NCBI GenBank assembly: GCA_963699195.1
Contig: OY969420.1
Span: 570,733-634,732, forward strand
Direction of reading: 5' to 3'
Source of the DNA: an uncultured bacterium
Lineage (GTDB): Bacteria > Patescibacteriota > Saccharimonadia > Saccharimonadales > DATKHC01
DNA: 64,000 bases
Positions 1 to 10,368 of this stretch are shown piece after piece (position 1 is the first letter of the stretch; each line of letters begins with the position of its first letter). Under the pieces are notes generated by a model. That model was not told the origin of the DNA. It saw only the letters and a list, made by a program, of their open reading frames with translations, and made no database searches. A program made the position numbers and the translations under genes.

Positions 1-10
1 GGGTACTAGA

Positions 11-1435
11 ATGAGCGCCTGGCCAAGCGTGGCTGAGCTTGCTCAGCAAGTTAAAGCCGGTAAAACAACGGCTACTCAACTGGTAGACCAAGCACTTAAG
101 ACGATAGAAGACAAAAATGAATTCAATGCAGTTATTGCAAAAATTGAAGAGCGAGCGAAGGAACGTGCTAAGCAGATTGATGAGGACGTTATAAACGGGA
201 AACCGCTAGGCAAGCTTGCTGGTGTCCCATTCATAGCAAAAGACAACTTACTTACTTTTGGCTCGGAAACCACTGCGGCAAGTAATATATTGAAAGGTTT
301 TAAAGCGCCATATCAAGCAACCGTTATTGAGCTCATTGAAGCAGAAGGTGGTATTTGTGTAGCCAAGGCAAATCTTGATGCATTTGCCCATGGAGCAAGT
401 ACTGAAAACAGTGATTTTGGTGTTACTAAAAACCCAAAAGATCAATCTAGAGTTCCTGGTGGTAGTAGTGGCGGGCCAGCTGCAGCAGTGATTTTGGAGC
501 TAGCTCCTTTTGCCCTAGGCACAGATACTGGTGGGTCAATCCGACAGCCAGCTTCATTTTGTGGCGCTGTTGGCTACAAGCCTACATATGGTTTAGTCTC
601 AAGAAATGGCGCAGTGGCGATGGCAAGTAGCACTGATGTTATTGGGCCAATAACTACTTCTGTTGATGATTCAGCATATATATTAGATATTATCGCGGGC
701 AGGGATCGTTACGACGGTACAACTATTGAACGGGACGAAACACCATATACGGATATTGATGGCTCAAATAAGGAGATGACAGTCGGAATAATTAAAGAAT
801 ATCGTGGGGAAGGTGTTGATTCTGGAGTACAGGCAAGTATAGACAGTGCAATTAAGGCCATTGAGGGCAATGGTATAAAGACGATAGAAGTTAGCATTCC
901 ATCACTTCCGCTTGCCCTAGCATGTTATTACATTATTTGCCCGGCTGAAGTCAGTAGCAATCTTAGTAGATATGATGGTCAGCGTTATGGTTTTTCTGAA
1001 AAAGACGCCAAGAGCTTAGATGAGAGTTATTTTATGTCGCGTAGTGAGGGCTTTGGTAAAGAAGCAAAGCGACGAATTATGCTGGGCACTTATGTGCTAA
1101 GTAGCGGTTACTATGACGCATATTACAAACAGGCTCAAAAACTCAGAACAAAATTAATTGAAGAATTTAATGAAGCATTCACTAAGTGTGACTTTCTAGT
1201 TGGTCCAACCTCACCTACTGTTGCTTTCGAAATTGGCAAGAAAGTAGGTGATCCACTTGCAATGTACATGTCGGACATTATGACCGTTGGAGCCAGTATG
1301 GTTGGTATACCAGCCATCAGCATACCAGCGGGGGAAAGCGACAACTTGCCTGTTGGGCTTCAGATAATGGCCCCACAAAGACACGACCGTGAACTGCTAA
1401 GTGTCTCTAAGATGATTGAAGGGTATTTAGTATGA
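11..1435 (+). CDS. gatA: Glu-tRNA(Gln)/Asp-tRNA(Asn) amidotransferase subunit A
   Basis: Intact 474-aa ORF with amidase signature (KANLDAFAHG, GGSSGGPAAAV, GTDTGGSIRQPA). gatB lies downstream. The TGA stop overlaps the next ATG. Confidence 0.93.
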   Translation: MSAWPSVAELAQQVKAGKTTATQLVDQALKTIEDKNEFNAVIAKIEERAKERAKQIDEDVINGKPLGKLAGVPFIAKDNLLTFGSETTAASNILKGFKAPYQATVIELIEAEGGICVAKANLDAFAHGASTENSDFGVTKNPKDQSRVPGGSSGGPAAAVILELAPFALGTDTGGSIRQPASFCGAVGYKPTYGLVSRNGAVAMASSTDVIGPITTSVDDSAYILDIIAGRDRYDGTTIERDETPYTDIDGSNKEMTVGIIKEYRGEGVDSGVQASIDSAIKAIEGNGIKTIEVSIPSLPLALACYYIICPAEVSSNLSRYDGQRYGFSEKDAKSLDESYFMSRSEGFGKEAKRRIMLGTYVLSSGYYDAYYKQAQKLRTKLIEEFNEAFTKCDFLVGPTSPTVAFEIGKKVGDPLAMYMSDIMTVGASMVGIPAISIPAGESDNLPVGLQIMAPQRHDRELLSVSKMIEGYLV

Positions 1436-1860
1436 GTGCAAATATTGCCCTAGCAATTGCTGTCCTGTTTTTAATCGCCGTAATTATATTTGTATATAGA
1501 TATGCACCAAGAAAGTTAAGGCAGTCTCGTTATATCAGAGGCTGGAAAGCCGCACAAAAGTATTGTAGAGATAAAGCGACTTGGCCTAAGGCTTTAGAGG
1601 AGGCTGATAAGTTATTGAAATCGGCTCTAAAAAAGAAGAAATTTAAAGGCAAAAGCATGGGCGAGAAAATGGTAGCAGCACAGCGATTATTTACCGATAA
1701 TGACTCGCTTTGGTATGCGCATAACTTATATAAGAAAGTAATAGCGAAAGATAGTAAGAAACGATTAAGAGAGTCTGAAGTTAAGGACGCTTTGGTCGGG
1801 TATAGACAAGGGTTAAGAGATTTAGGGGCTTTGCCAAAAGATGGATCAAAAACAGCTTAA
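1432..1860 (+). CDS. Hypothetical membrane-anchored protein (one N-terminal TM helix, Lys-rich soluble part)
   Basis: 142-aa ORF. Its start overlaps the gatA stop (ATGA) and its 3' end overlaps the gatB start by 20 nt. Hydrophobic N-terminus ALAIAVLFLIAVIIFVY. No family recognised. Confidence 0.55.
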   Translation: MSANIALAIAVLFLIAVIIFVYRYAPRKLRQSRYIRGWKAAQKYCRDKATWPKALEEADKLLKSALKKKKFKGKSMGEKMVAAQRLFTDNDSLWYAHNLYKKVIAKDSKKRLRESEVKDALVGYRQGLRDLGALPKDGSKTA

Positions 1861-3289
1861 CGGCTACACACCAACTATAGGAATTGAATGTCATGTCCAA
1901 TTGAAGACTAAGACGAAACTATTTGCTGCTGTAGATATTTCAGATTTAAATGCAGAGCCCAACACCTTAATTTCATGGATATGTCTGGGTATGCCAGGTG
2001 CACTGCCTGTACTAAATGAAAAGGCAGTTGAGCTAGCCGCACGTGCTGCAGTTACTCTAAACACATACCCACAAGCATTTTCTAAGTTTGATCGGAAACA
2101 TTATTTCTACCCAGATTTACCAAAGGGCTATCAGATTAGTCAGTTTGAAGAGCCAATTATTTTAGGTGGTCATGTAGATATAAAAATATCTAGCGGTCCA
2201 AAGCGGGTCAATATAACTCGTGCGCACCTAGAAGAAGATGCTGGTAAAACTATGCACCCTTCGGGGTCTGATTACAGCTTGGTTGATCTAAACCGAGCCG
2301 GTACTCCGCTGTTAGAAATTGTATCTGAACCAGATATGCACTCTGCAGAAGAGGCTAGAGCATTTGCTCACGAACTATATTTACTAATGCGTTACGCCGA
2401 AGTATCAGAAGCCGATTTATATCAAGGCAACATGCGCTTTGACGTTAACGTAAGCGTTAGTAAAAATGAGGGTGAGCTAGGCACTAGGACCGAAACAAAA
2501 AATCTTAACTCGTTTAGAAGTGTTGAAAAGGCGGTTGATTACGAAGTTAAAAGGCAGATTGAGCTGCTAGAGAAAGGTACACGAATAGTCCAAGAAACTA
2601 GAGGCTGGGATGATACAAGACAAAAAACTTTCTCGCAAAGAAGCAAGGAAGATGCTCATGACTATAGATACTTCCCTGATCCAGATATTCCGCCACTTGA
2701 TTTAAGTAAAGAATTTATTGATGAAGCAACAAAAGACATGCCAATATTACCAGGTGCACTCAGAGAGAAGCTAGGCGGCTTAGGGCTTGATGATTCTACG
2801 GTTGAAACGTTGGTCGAGGAAATTAAAGCTGGAAAGTTTACGCTTAGAATTCTCGAGACTCACGGTAACAATGTTGCAAAGCGAATCGCCAATTGGTTAA
2901 CTTCTGATGTTCAAGCGCTGATAGCTGAGGGCAAACTGACATGGGAAACGGCAATATTGGATGAGGGTGCTTTAGCAAGCCTTGCAGACATTACGCTTGA
3001 AAATAAAATAAGCTCAACTAATGCCAAAACCATTTTGTTAGAAATTGTAGTAGATGGTGGGGACCCGTTAAAAATAGCTGAATCAAAGAATTTGCTTCAA
3101 ATGTCGGACGAGTCGGGGTTAAACGAAATAGTTAAACAAGTACTAGCAGAAAATCCAAAAGCGGTTGAAGATCTTAAAAATGGCCAAGAAAAAGCTATAG
3201 GATTCCTAGTCGGTCAAGTTATGAGATTATCAAAAGGGCAAGCTAACCCAGCAGTAAGCCAAAAACTAATAAGAGAAAACATAAAGTAA
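1841..3289 (+). CDS. gatB: Glu-tRNA(Gln)/Asp-tRNA(Asn) amidotransferase subunit B
   Basis: Intact 482-aa ORF. N-terminal IGIECHVQL motif and a C-terminal GatB/YqeY-like tail (GFLVGQVMRLSKGQANP). Confidence 0.93.
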   Translation: MDQKQLNGYTPTIGIECHVQLKTKTKLFAAVDISDLNAEPNTLISWICLGMPGALPVLNEKAVELAARAAVTLNTYPQAFSKFDRKHYFYPDLPKGYQISQFEEPIILGGHVDIKISSGPKRVNITRAHLEEDAGKTMHPSGSDYSLVDLNRAGTPLLEIVSEPDMHSAEEARAFAHELYLLMRYAEVSEADLYQGNMRFDVNVSVSKNEGELGTRTETKNLNSFRSVEKAVDYEVKRQIELLEKGTRIVQETRGWDDTRQKTFSQRSKEDAHDYRYFPDPDIPPLDLSKEFIDEATKDMPILPGALREKLGGLGLDDSTVETLVEEIKAGKFTLRILETHGNNVAKRIANWLTSDVQALIAEGKLTWETAILDEGALASLADITLENKISSTNAKTILLEIVVDGGDPLKIAESKNLLQMSDESGLNEIVKQVLAENPKAVEDLKNGQEKAIGFLVGQVMRLSKGQANPAVSQKLIRENIK

Positions 3290-3310
3290 AAACGCCCAGG
3301 ATTATTTGAA

Positions 3311-3332
3311 TTTAACATCGAAAGATGTTAAA
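3311..3332 (+). terminator. AT-rich hairpin (9-bp stem, GAAA loop) between gatB and the next ORF
   Basis: TTTAACATC-GAAA-GATGTTAAA read directly from the sequence. Weak as a terminator because the stem has no GC-rich portion. It lies 8 nt upstream of the ATG at 3341. Confidence 0.3.
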
Positions 3333-3340
3333 ATATTTAA

Positions 3341-4414
3341 ATGAATGTTTCAAGTGCTGAGGCTGGGCCGAAAGTTTACTTATTACACGAGGCTTTGACT
3401 CTAAAACCAGGAATGACTGCAACAGAATACCTAGGTGTAGTCACTAGGTATCAGGAAACCGAGCATAGTTTCCCCGAAGCTGTAGTTCATGCTGTGCCGC
3501 CTGCTGAATTTGCGGAAACCGTATTCTTTGGTTTTACTCGCTTACTCCAGACAAGTCCTATCGAGGAGCTAACTAGGGTTAGGCAAGAATTAATACATTA
3601 TGGCACAGATTTAAGAGCTCAGTTTGGGGCAGATAAAAACGACCCTGACACTAATGGATACATGGACTGGATGAGTAGGTTAAGAATGTTGGCGGGGCAT
3701 TCTACTGAATGGCGGCCAAAAGAATATGATATTCCTAGAGACGGCCGTTATGTAATTAATACTAAGAATGACTTTTGGCTCCCTATTTATAGAGAATCAG
3801 CACTTCCACAGCCCGCACAAGAACAAATGCAAAGATTTGTTTTTGCCGAAGGTGTATTTATTGAAAATACGGATACAACATTTCTAGTTAATCTGAAAAA
3901 GAATATAGATAAATATGGCTTTGAGGGGGCATTCTTTGATGCGCCCTTTGTTCAAGACGCAAAACGAATGAGAGATGGATCAGCTGCCATTGTAAGTGAA
4001 ATAGTTAACCAAGCTGCAGTAGCTGGATGGCAGCATGCGAGCGAGCTAAAGGCCAGTATGGATGTACTATCATCACTTGCTGACGCTAATGCAACTAATA
4101 CAATTGTTAGATTAGGAAATGTTGCAGCCAGTATTATAAATGCAAAATTCTTTGATGGTGATAACACTAGGCCTTATAGCCCTATTTCTGAAACAGATCC
4201 AAACGGAGCACCGGATGCGATAAAGAGAATTGCAGAGTATATATTTGTTGGAGAACGTCCGCCAAAGGACATGAGCACACAACCTCCAACTGAGAAAAGT
4301 AGTGTCAACTATATTCATATGTCGGAACTTGCAATGAGAGTATTGCAGCAATCCATTCACCTGCCTGAACCCCATCGTCAATTTCAAAGAAGAGCTACAG
4401 ATAATCCCTCTTAG
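3341..4414 (+). CDS. Hypothetical protein (357 aa, no signal peptide or TM segment)
   Basis: Long intact ORF with an ATG start. No motif I recognise. Confidence 0.55.
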   Translation: MNVSSAEAGPKVYLLHEALTLKPGMTATEYLGVVTRYQETEHSFPEAVVHAVPPAEFAETVFFGFTRLLQTSPIEELTRVRQELIHYGTDLRAQFGADKNDPDTNGYMDWMSRLRMLAGHSTEWRPKEYDIPRDGRYVINTKNDFWLPIYRESALPQPAQEQMQRFVFAEGVFIENTDTTFLVNLKKNIDKYGFEGAFFDAPFVQDAKRMRDGSAAIVSEIVNQAAVAGWQHASELKASMDVLSSLADANATNTIVRLGNVAASIINAKFFDGDNTRPYSPISETDPNGAPDAIKRIAEYIFVGERPPKDMSTQPPTEKSSVNYIHMSELAMRVLQQSIHLPEPHRQFQRRATDNPS

Positions 4415-4460
4415 TGCTGATGCTTTGGTTAATCCCTGTCTGGTGTATAATTAAGCTATT

Positions 4461-4757
4461 ATGACAGTAGTCACAGTATCCAACACAGACCAGGCATTAT
4501 TGATTATATTGTGTGTATTCTTAGCTATGTTCTTACTTCTAAGTATTATTGCCTTAGTGTGGATACTACAAATTCTCAGTGAATTAAAAAAAATCATTAA
4601 ACGAGCCGAAGAACTGGCTCGAGAGACAGAAGGATCAATAAACTCATTTTTTCAGAGCACTAGACCTATAATCTCGGTCGTTAAATTATTGTCCAATATG
4701 AGTGAAGCGGTATTTAAGGCAGATAAGAATCATAAGCATAAGAAAGACGAGGAGTAA
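4461..4757 (+). CDS. Small membrane protein, DUF948-like (N-terminal TM plus coiled coil)
   Basis: 98-aa ORF with TM segment LLIILCVFLAMFLLLSIIALVWIL. It sits directly upstream of a YtxH-like gene, as in ytxG-ytxH-type pairs. Confidence 0.5.
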   Translation: MTVVTVSNTDQALLIILCVFLAMFLLLSIIALVWILQILSELKKIIKRAEELARETEGSINSFFQSTRPIISVVKLLSNMSEAVFKADKNHKHKKDEE

Positions 4758-4761
4758 TATT

Positions 4762-5175
4762 ATGGGAAAGAAAGAACGAAATATCGCAGTTGGTGCTGCA
4801 GCAGGTGTTGCTGGGGCAGCCATAGGTTACATGGCTGGTATATTAACTGCTAAAAAACCTGGAAAAGAAACTCGACAAGACATCGCTAATGCTACTATCA
4901 AGGCTAAGAAAAAGGCCGAGAGTAAGATTAAAGCTCTTCACACTACATTAGTTGAAATGCTAAAAGAAGGTAACGCACTACTAAAAGATACAAAGTCTAG
5001 TGCTAAAGAGGGCTTCGCTAAAGCACTTGAAAATGCTAAGAAGGCTCAAGAGAGCACAAGGGAAGTATTAAGCGCCATTCATGAAGGTGATGCTGACGAT
5101 AAAGATCTAGATAAAGCAATTTCTGAAGCTAATGACGCAATCGAACATCTTAAGACTTATCTAAAAAAATCCTAG
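4762..5175 (+). CDS. YtxH-like general stress protein
   Basis: ATG at 4762 is preceded by GAGGAG. N-terminal GAAAGVAGAAIGYMAGILTAKKPGKETR matches the YtxH motif, followed by a coiled-coil tail. The track ORF starting at 4702 is probably too long. Confidence 0.65.
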   Translation: MGKKERNIAVGAAAGVAGAAIGYMAGILTAKKPGKETRQDIANATIKAKKKAESKIKALHTTLVEMLKEGNALLKDTKSSAKEGFAKALENAKKAQESTREVLSAIHEGDADDKDLDKAISEANDAIEHLKTYLKKS

Positions 5176-5250
5176 AATTTAATCCTTAAAACTTAATTAA
5201 AATACCGATTAATACGGTACAATAAGTATGAATTGGAGGGTAAATTAATA

Positions 5251-8200
5251 GTGCCTAGCAAGTCTAGTCTTAGTGCCAGTGATTACGTTCATTTGCATAA
5301 TCATACAGAGTACAGCTTATTGGATGGTCTTACCAAAGTTAATCCATTGATGGAGTTTGTAAGCGGTCAAAAAATGGAAGCGATTGCTATTACCGATCAT
5401 GGTACGTTATCTGGCGCAATTGATTTTTACAAGTCTGCCAATGCCAACTCGATCAAACCAATCATTGGTATTGAAACGTATGTTGCTGCTCAAAAGCATA
5501 CCGATAAAGATCCAACTAAAGACAAGAACAGATTCCATCTGATACTGCTGGCCATGAATAATAAGGGTTATCAGAACTTGATTAAGCTCTCAACAATTGC
5601 AAATCTTGACGGTTTTTACTATTACCCCAGGGTTGACCATGAACTTCTAGAAAAGTATAACGAAGGTATCATCTGCCTTAGCGGCTGTTTGGGTGGTGAA
5701 ATCGGCAATGCTTTTACGGAAGGTCAAACACAGCAGGCAATTGAAATAGCCAAAAAGTATAAAAAGATTTTCGGTGATCGATACTACTTAGAGATTCAAG
5801 ACAGTGGCCACCCTAAAAATCCTATGCACAGCAAACAACAGGGTGAAATTAACGAGAAGGTTCTTAAGTTAGGCAAGGACCTAAATATTCCTGTTGTTCT
5901 TACTTGTGATGCTCACTATTTAAAACACGAGGATCAAGAAGCTCACGAAGTGCTGCTGTGTGTCGGAACGGCAAGTTTTTTGTCTCAAGAAAATAGAATG
6001 TCACTTAAAGACTTTCCACTTCATGTTATCCCTCCAGCTGAGTTAATTGAGAGATGGGGAAAATCAAACCCTGAAGTAATTACTAATACCAAGAAGATTG
6101 CCGACAGAGTAAATGTCGAAATTGAGTTTAATAAAATATTACTTCCTAAATTTGATGTAACTAAAGGTAAGACCGAAACTTCACAATTGACCGAGCAAGT
6201 AACTCAAGGTTTGGCTTGGCTCTACGGCGGCATTCCACCTAATAAAGCAAAGAAAATGACTGAGGCTGCAATCAAAAAAAAGCTTAGTAAAGAAGTCATC
6301 GATCGAACAGACTATGAGCTTAGTGTTATTAATAGCATGGGTTTTAGTAGTTACTTCTTAATTATTGCTGATTTTATGAATTGGGGTAAGGCTCAGGGAA
6401 TTGTATTTGGACCTGGAAGAGGCAGTGCGGCTGGATCAATTATTGCATACGCTCTTGGTATTACCGCTCTTGATCCGCTCTTATACGATTTGCAGTTTGA
6501 AAGATTCTTAAATCCAGATCGTATTAGTATGCCCGATGTTGACATAGATATTCAGGACTCACGTCGTGGGGAAGTTATTCAATACTGCATTGATAAGTAC
6601 GGAAAAGAAAAAGTTGCTAATATTGTTACTTTTGGAAGAATGTTTGCCAGAAATGCCGTTAGGGACGTCTCTAGGGTTTTAGAGGTCCCGTATGCTGAAG
6701 CGGATAGACTTGCTAAAATGTTACCTCAGCCTATTCAGGGCAGACATATACCGCTTAAACGATCCATTGAAGATGAGCCAGATCTAAAAAAAGAGTATGA
6801 GTCTAATTCGACGAGCAAACGAGTACTGGACCTTGCCGACAAGCTTGAAGGAACTGTGAGAAGCCATGGGGTTCATGCGGCCGGTGTTGTTATTGCTCCT
6901 GAAAATATAGTAGAGTATGTGCCACTTGAAATGGCCCAAAAAGGAGTGGTTGCCACTCAATATCCTCTTGGACCTATAGAAGAGCTCGGTTTACTTAAGA
7001 TGGATTTCCTTGGGCTTAGTAACCTAACAATCATTAATAATGCACTTAGAATTGTTAAAAAGGTTTATGGGAAAGATTTGGATTCGGATAAATTCCCTCT
7101 TAATGATCCGAAAACTTTCGAACTTTTCCAGAAAGGCGACACAACTGGTATCTTTCAGTTTGAATCTGCTGGCATGAAGCGCTATCTGAAGGAACTTAAG
7201 CCTACAGTCTTTGAAGATTTAGTAGCTATGAACGCTCTATATAGACCTGGCCCAATGCAGTGGATTGATGATTTTATTGCTAGGAAGACTGGTAGGAAGA
7301 AAATTGAATATCTACACCCAGCCATGGAAAATGCCATCAAAAAGACATATGGGGTCATTGTCTACCAAGAGGAAGTTATGCAGATATCAAAAGATATGTG
7401 TGGTTTCACTGGCGCGCAAGCGGACAAGCTTAGAAAAGCAATTGCCAAAAAGAAGCCAGATGAACTGGCTAAAATTCGCTCTGACTTTATAGAGGGAGCT
7501 GTCAAAACCGTGCAAGCAGATAGGGCTTTGATGGAGAAGTTCTGGGTTCAGCTAGAAGATTTTGCTGCATATTGTTTCCCTAAGTCTCACGCTGCATGCT
7601 ATGCCTACATTGCTTATCAAACAGCTTATTTAAAGGCCCATTTTCCATCTGCTTTTATGGCGGCGGTCATGACGAGTGATTATGATAATACTGATCGATT
7701 ATCTATTGAGATTTCTGAATGTCAAAGAATGGGACTAGAGGTTATGTCTCCAGATATTAATGAATCTTTTTACGAATTCGCTGTTGTTCCCAATACTAAT
7801 CAGATTCGCTTTGGTTTAATTGCTATAAAGAATGTTGGCTCTACTGCGGTTGATGATATTCTGCTAGCTCGTGAGGATGGAAAGTTTACCAGTCTGGAGA
7901 ATTTCTTTAGCAGAGTAAATTCTAGAGTAGTTAATCGAAAAACTTTGGAAAGTCTAATAAAATCTGGTGCGTTTGACGGATTTGGTGAGAGAAACTATCT
8001 ACTTGCTAATCTCGAACTACTTCTTGCTTACTCATCTAAGATTAGTAAGGATAGGCTCTCTGGTCAGACGGATCTGTTCGCGAACTTAGATGGTGAGTCT
8101 AGTCTGCCAGTAGTTGAATTAAAATTGGTTGATGGCGCAAGTCCGGCATCCCAACAGGAAAAACTTACTTGGGAGAGGGAGCTTTTGGGAATTTATATTA

Positions 8201-8859
8201 GCGAACACCCACTAGACGAATACAGAGATATATTAGCTGAAAAATCTGTGCCAATAGATAAAATTGAGCCTGAACACCACAACAAAATCGCTACAGTTGG
8301 CGGGGCTATAAAAACTATTAGAAGCATAAATACGAAGAATGGGCAGAAAATGGCTTTTGTGCAAATTGAAGATCATTTTGGGGACATGGAGTTAGTCTTT
8401 TTTCCGTCAGTTTATCAAACTTACAGCCCAATATTAGTTCAAGATAAAGTGTTCATAGCTACTGGTAAGCTTACAACTCAAGATCGAAGTGGCAATGTTA
8501 CAGAGCCCAAAATGTTAGTTGAAACACTTCTCGAAATTAATTCAGATGAGGTTGCAGGTTTTAAGCCAAAAAAGATTAGAAAACCAAAAGTAAAAACCGT
8601 TGCAGCGAAATCGAATACAAGCGACTCAATAGCCGAAAAAAGACTTTTTATTAGGTTGGAAAATAGTCAAAACCAGGATTTACTTAAAACGCTAAAACAA
8701 ACAATAGATGATAATGGTGGCCCCACCGATGTATTACTCGTTTTAGGTGCGGACGACGAAAAACAAGTAATTAAATTGCCTATGAAAATTAATTATGACG
8801 AGAAAAGTAAATCTAAACTAACAGAGCTAGTCGGTGCTGATAATATAAGGTTACACTAA
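5251..8859 (+). CDS. dnaE: DNA polymerase III alpha subunit
   Basis: Intact ORF of about 1200 aa. PHP domain (HLHNHTEYSLLDG) and polymerase core present. I prefer the GTG at 5251, which lies 11 nt after GGAGG, over the track start at 5233. Confidence 0.92.
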   Translation: MPSKSSLSASDYVHLHNHTEYSLLDGLTKVNPLMEFVSGQKMEAIAITDHGTLSGAIDFYKSANANSIKPIIGIETYVAAQKHTDKDPTKDKNRFHLILLAMNNKGYQNLIKLSTIANLDGFYYYPRVDHELLEKYNEGIICLSGCLGGEIGNAFTEGQTQQAIEIAKKYKKIFGDRYYLEIQDSGHPKNPMHSKQQGEINEKVLKLGKDLNIPVVLTCDAHYLKHEDQEAHEVLLCVGTASFLSQENRMSLKDFPLHVIPPAELIERWGKSNPEVITNTKKIADRVNVEIEFNKILLPKFDVTKGKTETSQLTEQVTQGLAWLYGGIPPNKAKKMTEAAIKKKLSKEVIDRTDYELSVINSMGFSSYFLIIADFMNWGKAQGIVFGPGRGSAAGSIIAYALGITALDPLLYDLQFERFLNPDRISMPDVDIDIQDSRRGEVIQYCIDKYGKEKVANIVTFGRMFARNAVRDVSRVLEVPYAEADRLAKMLPQPIQGRHIPLKRSIEDEPDLKKEYESNSTSKRVLDLADKLEGTVRSHGVHAAGVVIAPENIVEYVPLEMAQKGVVATQYPLGPIEELGLLKMDFLGLSNLTIINNALRIVKKVYGKDLDSDKFPLNDPKTFELFQKGDTTGIFQFESAGMKRYLKELKPTVFEDLVAMNALYRPGPMQWIDDFIARKTGRKKIEYLHPAMENAIKKTYGVIVYQEEVMQISKDMCGFTGAQADKLRKAIAKKKPDELAKIRSDFIEGAVKTVQADRALMEKFWVQLEDFAAYCFPKSHAACYAYIAYQTAYLKAHFPSAFMAAVMTSDYDNTDRLSIEISECQRMGLEVMSPDINESFYEFAVVPNTNQIRFGLIAIKNVGSTAVDDILLAREDGKFTSLENFFSRVNSRVVNRKTLESLIKSGAFDGFGERNYLLANLELLLAYSSKISKDRLSGQTDLFANLDGESSLPVVELKLVDGASPASQQEKLTWERELLGIYISEHPLDEYRDILAEKSVPIDKIEPEHHNKIATVGGAIKTIRSINTKNGQKMAFVQIEDHFGDMELVFFPSVYQTYSPILVQDKVFIATGKLTTQDRSGNVTEPKMLVETLLEINSDEVAGFKPKKIRKPKVKTVAAKSNTSDSIAEKRLFIRLENSQNQDLLKTLKQTIDDNGGPTDVLLVLGADDEKQVIKLPMKINYDEKSKSKLTELVGADNIRLH

Positions 8860-9764
8860 CGTATAAAGCCTATAGTTTGGGTTAGGCTTGCTAGCCCGAC
8901 AATTACAAATGCTATACCTACATCCAAAAATGGGTGCTTAACAATTAATTCTTCACTTTGAAATGCGAATTTTTTAAGCATTAATCCGTGTCTGACTATT
9001 AAGAAACAGGCAAGTATACCAACCGCTAAACCACCAATAAATACAACTAATTTATTATTAGTTTTGGTGATGGCCTCAATTCTAGTTATTGTTTGACCAT
9101 TAGGCTGTGACACAGATGCACTGGTATAAGGCTGATTTTCCGAATGGCTAGGGAGTGATAACGGTCCAAGTTTCTGATCGGCCGCATATAATGCAACTAC
9201 TACCGTCTCGGGACCCTTGCCGAGATAGTTATCAGATTTAGCGATGCCAAAACCTACATCATCGTAGTCCTTATTAACCATATTGGCTTTATGACTCTCG
9301 CTACTAACCCAGGCAGAAAACAGTTGCGAGCTATCAGAGAAACCATACGCCAGGTTTTCTCCAGCTGTGTCGAAATTGTATCCGTTTGACTGAATAACCT
9401 GCCAAGGCGATTGCCCGGTGGGGCTTATTGGTGACCAGTAGTTTTTAGTAACCATATCATTAGCCTTAGCTTGAGCAGCCTCCGATAAGGCTGTTGTTTC
9501 GTTTAATGGCTTCGCACCAACCGATTTACGCAGTGCATTTGTTTGGTCTATTAGGGTAGGAGCTGAGATAGTGGCTGATGCCACTGAGTTTACTGGTTTA
9601 TATAAAAGTATAGTTATACTTGCAATTACGCCGAGTATCACGATAGCGAGAACAGGGAGATATGGCCAGTAGACCTTTAAATAGCGGTCGCTGTGTTTAT
9701 GGTGAAGTCCATGCTGTTTTTTGTATCTGGTCTGTAATGATCCAGGTTTCTTTTTATGTGCCAT
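8856..9764 (-). CDS. CAP/SCP (YkwD-like) domain protein with N- and C-terminal TM segments
   Basis: 302-aa ORF. CAP-like core (NETTALSEAAQAKANDM ... HKANMVNKDYDDVGFG) flanked by hydrophobic helices. Its stop overlaps the dnaE stop by 4 nt (convergent). Confidence 0.7.
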   Translation of the reverse strand: MAHKKKPGSLQTRYKKQHGLHHKHSDRYLKVYWPYLPVLAIVILGVIASITILLYKPVNSVASATISAPTLIDQTNALRKSVGAKPLNETTALSEAAQAKANDMVTKNYWSPISPTGQSPWQVIQSNGYNFDTAGENLAYGFSDSSQLFSAWVSSESHKANMVNKDYDDVGFGIAKSDNYLGKGPETVVVALYAADQKLGPLSLPSHSENQPYTSASVSQPNGQTITRIEAITKTNNKLVVFIGGLAVGILACFLIVRHGLMLKKFAFQSEELIVKHPFLDVGIAFVIVGLASLTQTIGFIR

Positions 9765-9804
9765 ATTTTTGTTTCTTAAACTATAGAAATTATACTATAA
9801 ATGA

Positions 9805-10302
9805 TCAAAAATAACGAAATCTATAGGTGGCTATTGCCGCTGCTTGAACTACATTAAAAGACTCTTTACTACCGAGCATAGGAATTGAAATTATGTCATC
9901 CACCTCACCAAGTACATCATCTTCGATCCCTTCGACCTCTCTTCCAACTATCAAGGCGATTTTTGTTGGTGATTTATATTTTTCTAAACTCACTGATTTA
10001 TTTGATTGCTCCAGAGCTGTAATTCTATAACCTTCATGACGTAATTTTGCTAACACGTCATTTATATCAGAGTTTTGTTGCCAGTCTACTGAAGATTCAG
10101 CACCGAGAGATGTTTTTTCAATCTTACGGCTCACTCTATTTCTTATGTGTGGCAAGCGTTTGTCATCTTTCAATATTGGATAGGGTGTGTACCCCGTAAG
10201 GTAAACTCCATTTACGGCTAATCCATCAGCAGTTCGAAGAAGTGAGCCAATGTTGTTACAACTCCGTAAATTATGAGCAATTAAAACTATTTTTCTATCC
10301 AT
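9805..10302 (-). CDS. SpoU/TrmH-family RNA 2'-O-methyltransferase
   Basis: 165-aa ORF with SpoU motifs (HNLRSCNNIGSLLRTADG; LIVGREVEGI; IPMLGSKESFNV). Confidence 0.8.
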   Translation of the reverse strand: MDRKIVLIAHNLRSCNNIGSLLRTADGLAVNGVYLTGYTPYPILKDDKRLPHIRNRVSRKIEKTSLGAESSVDWQQNSDINDVLAKLRHEGYRITALEQSNKSVSLEKYKSPTKIALIVGREVEGIEDDVLGEVDDIISIPMLGSKESFNVVQAAAIATYRFRYF

Positions 10303-10368
10303 CTTAAATATATGATAACAGGCCTACTTCTCTTTTAGAGATGGCACTGCTTATGGTTTAATAGATGT

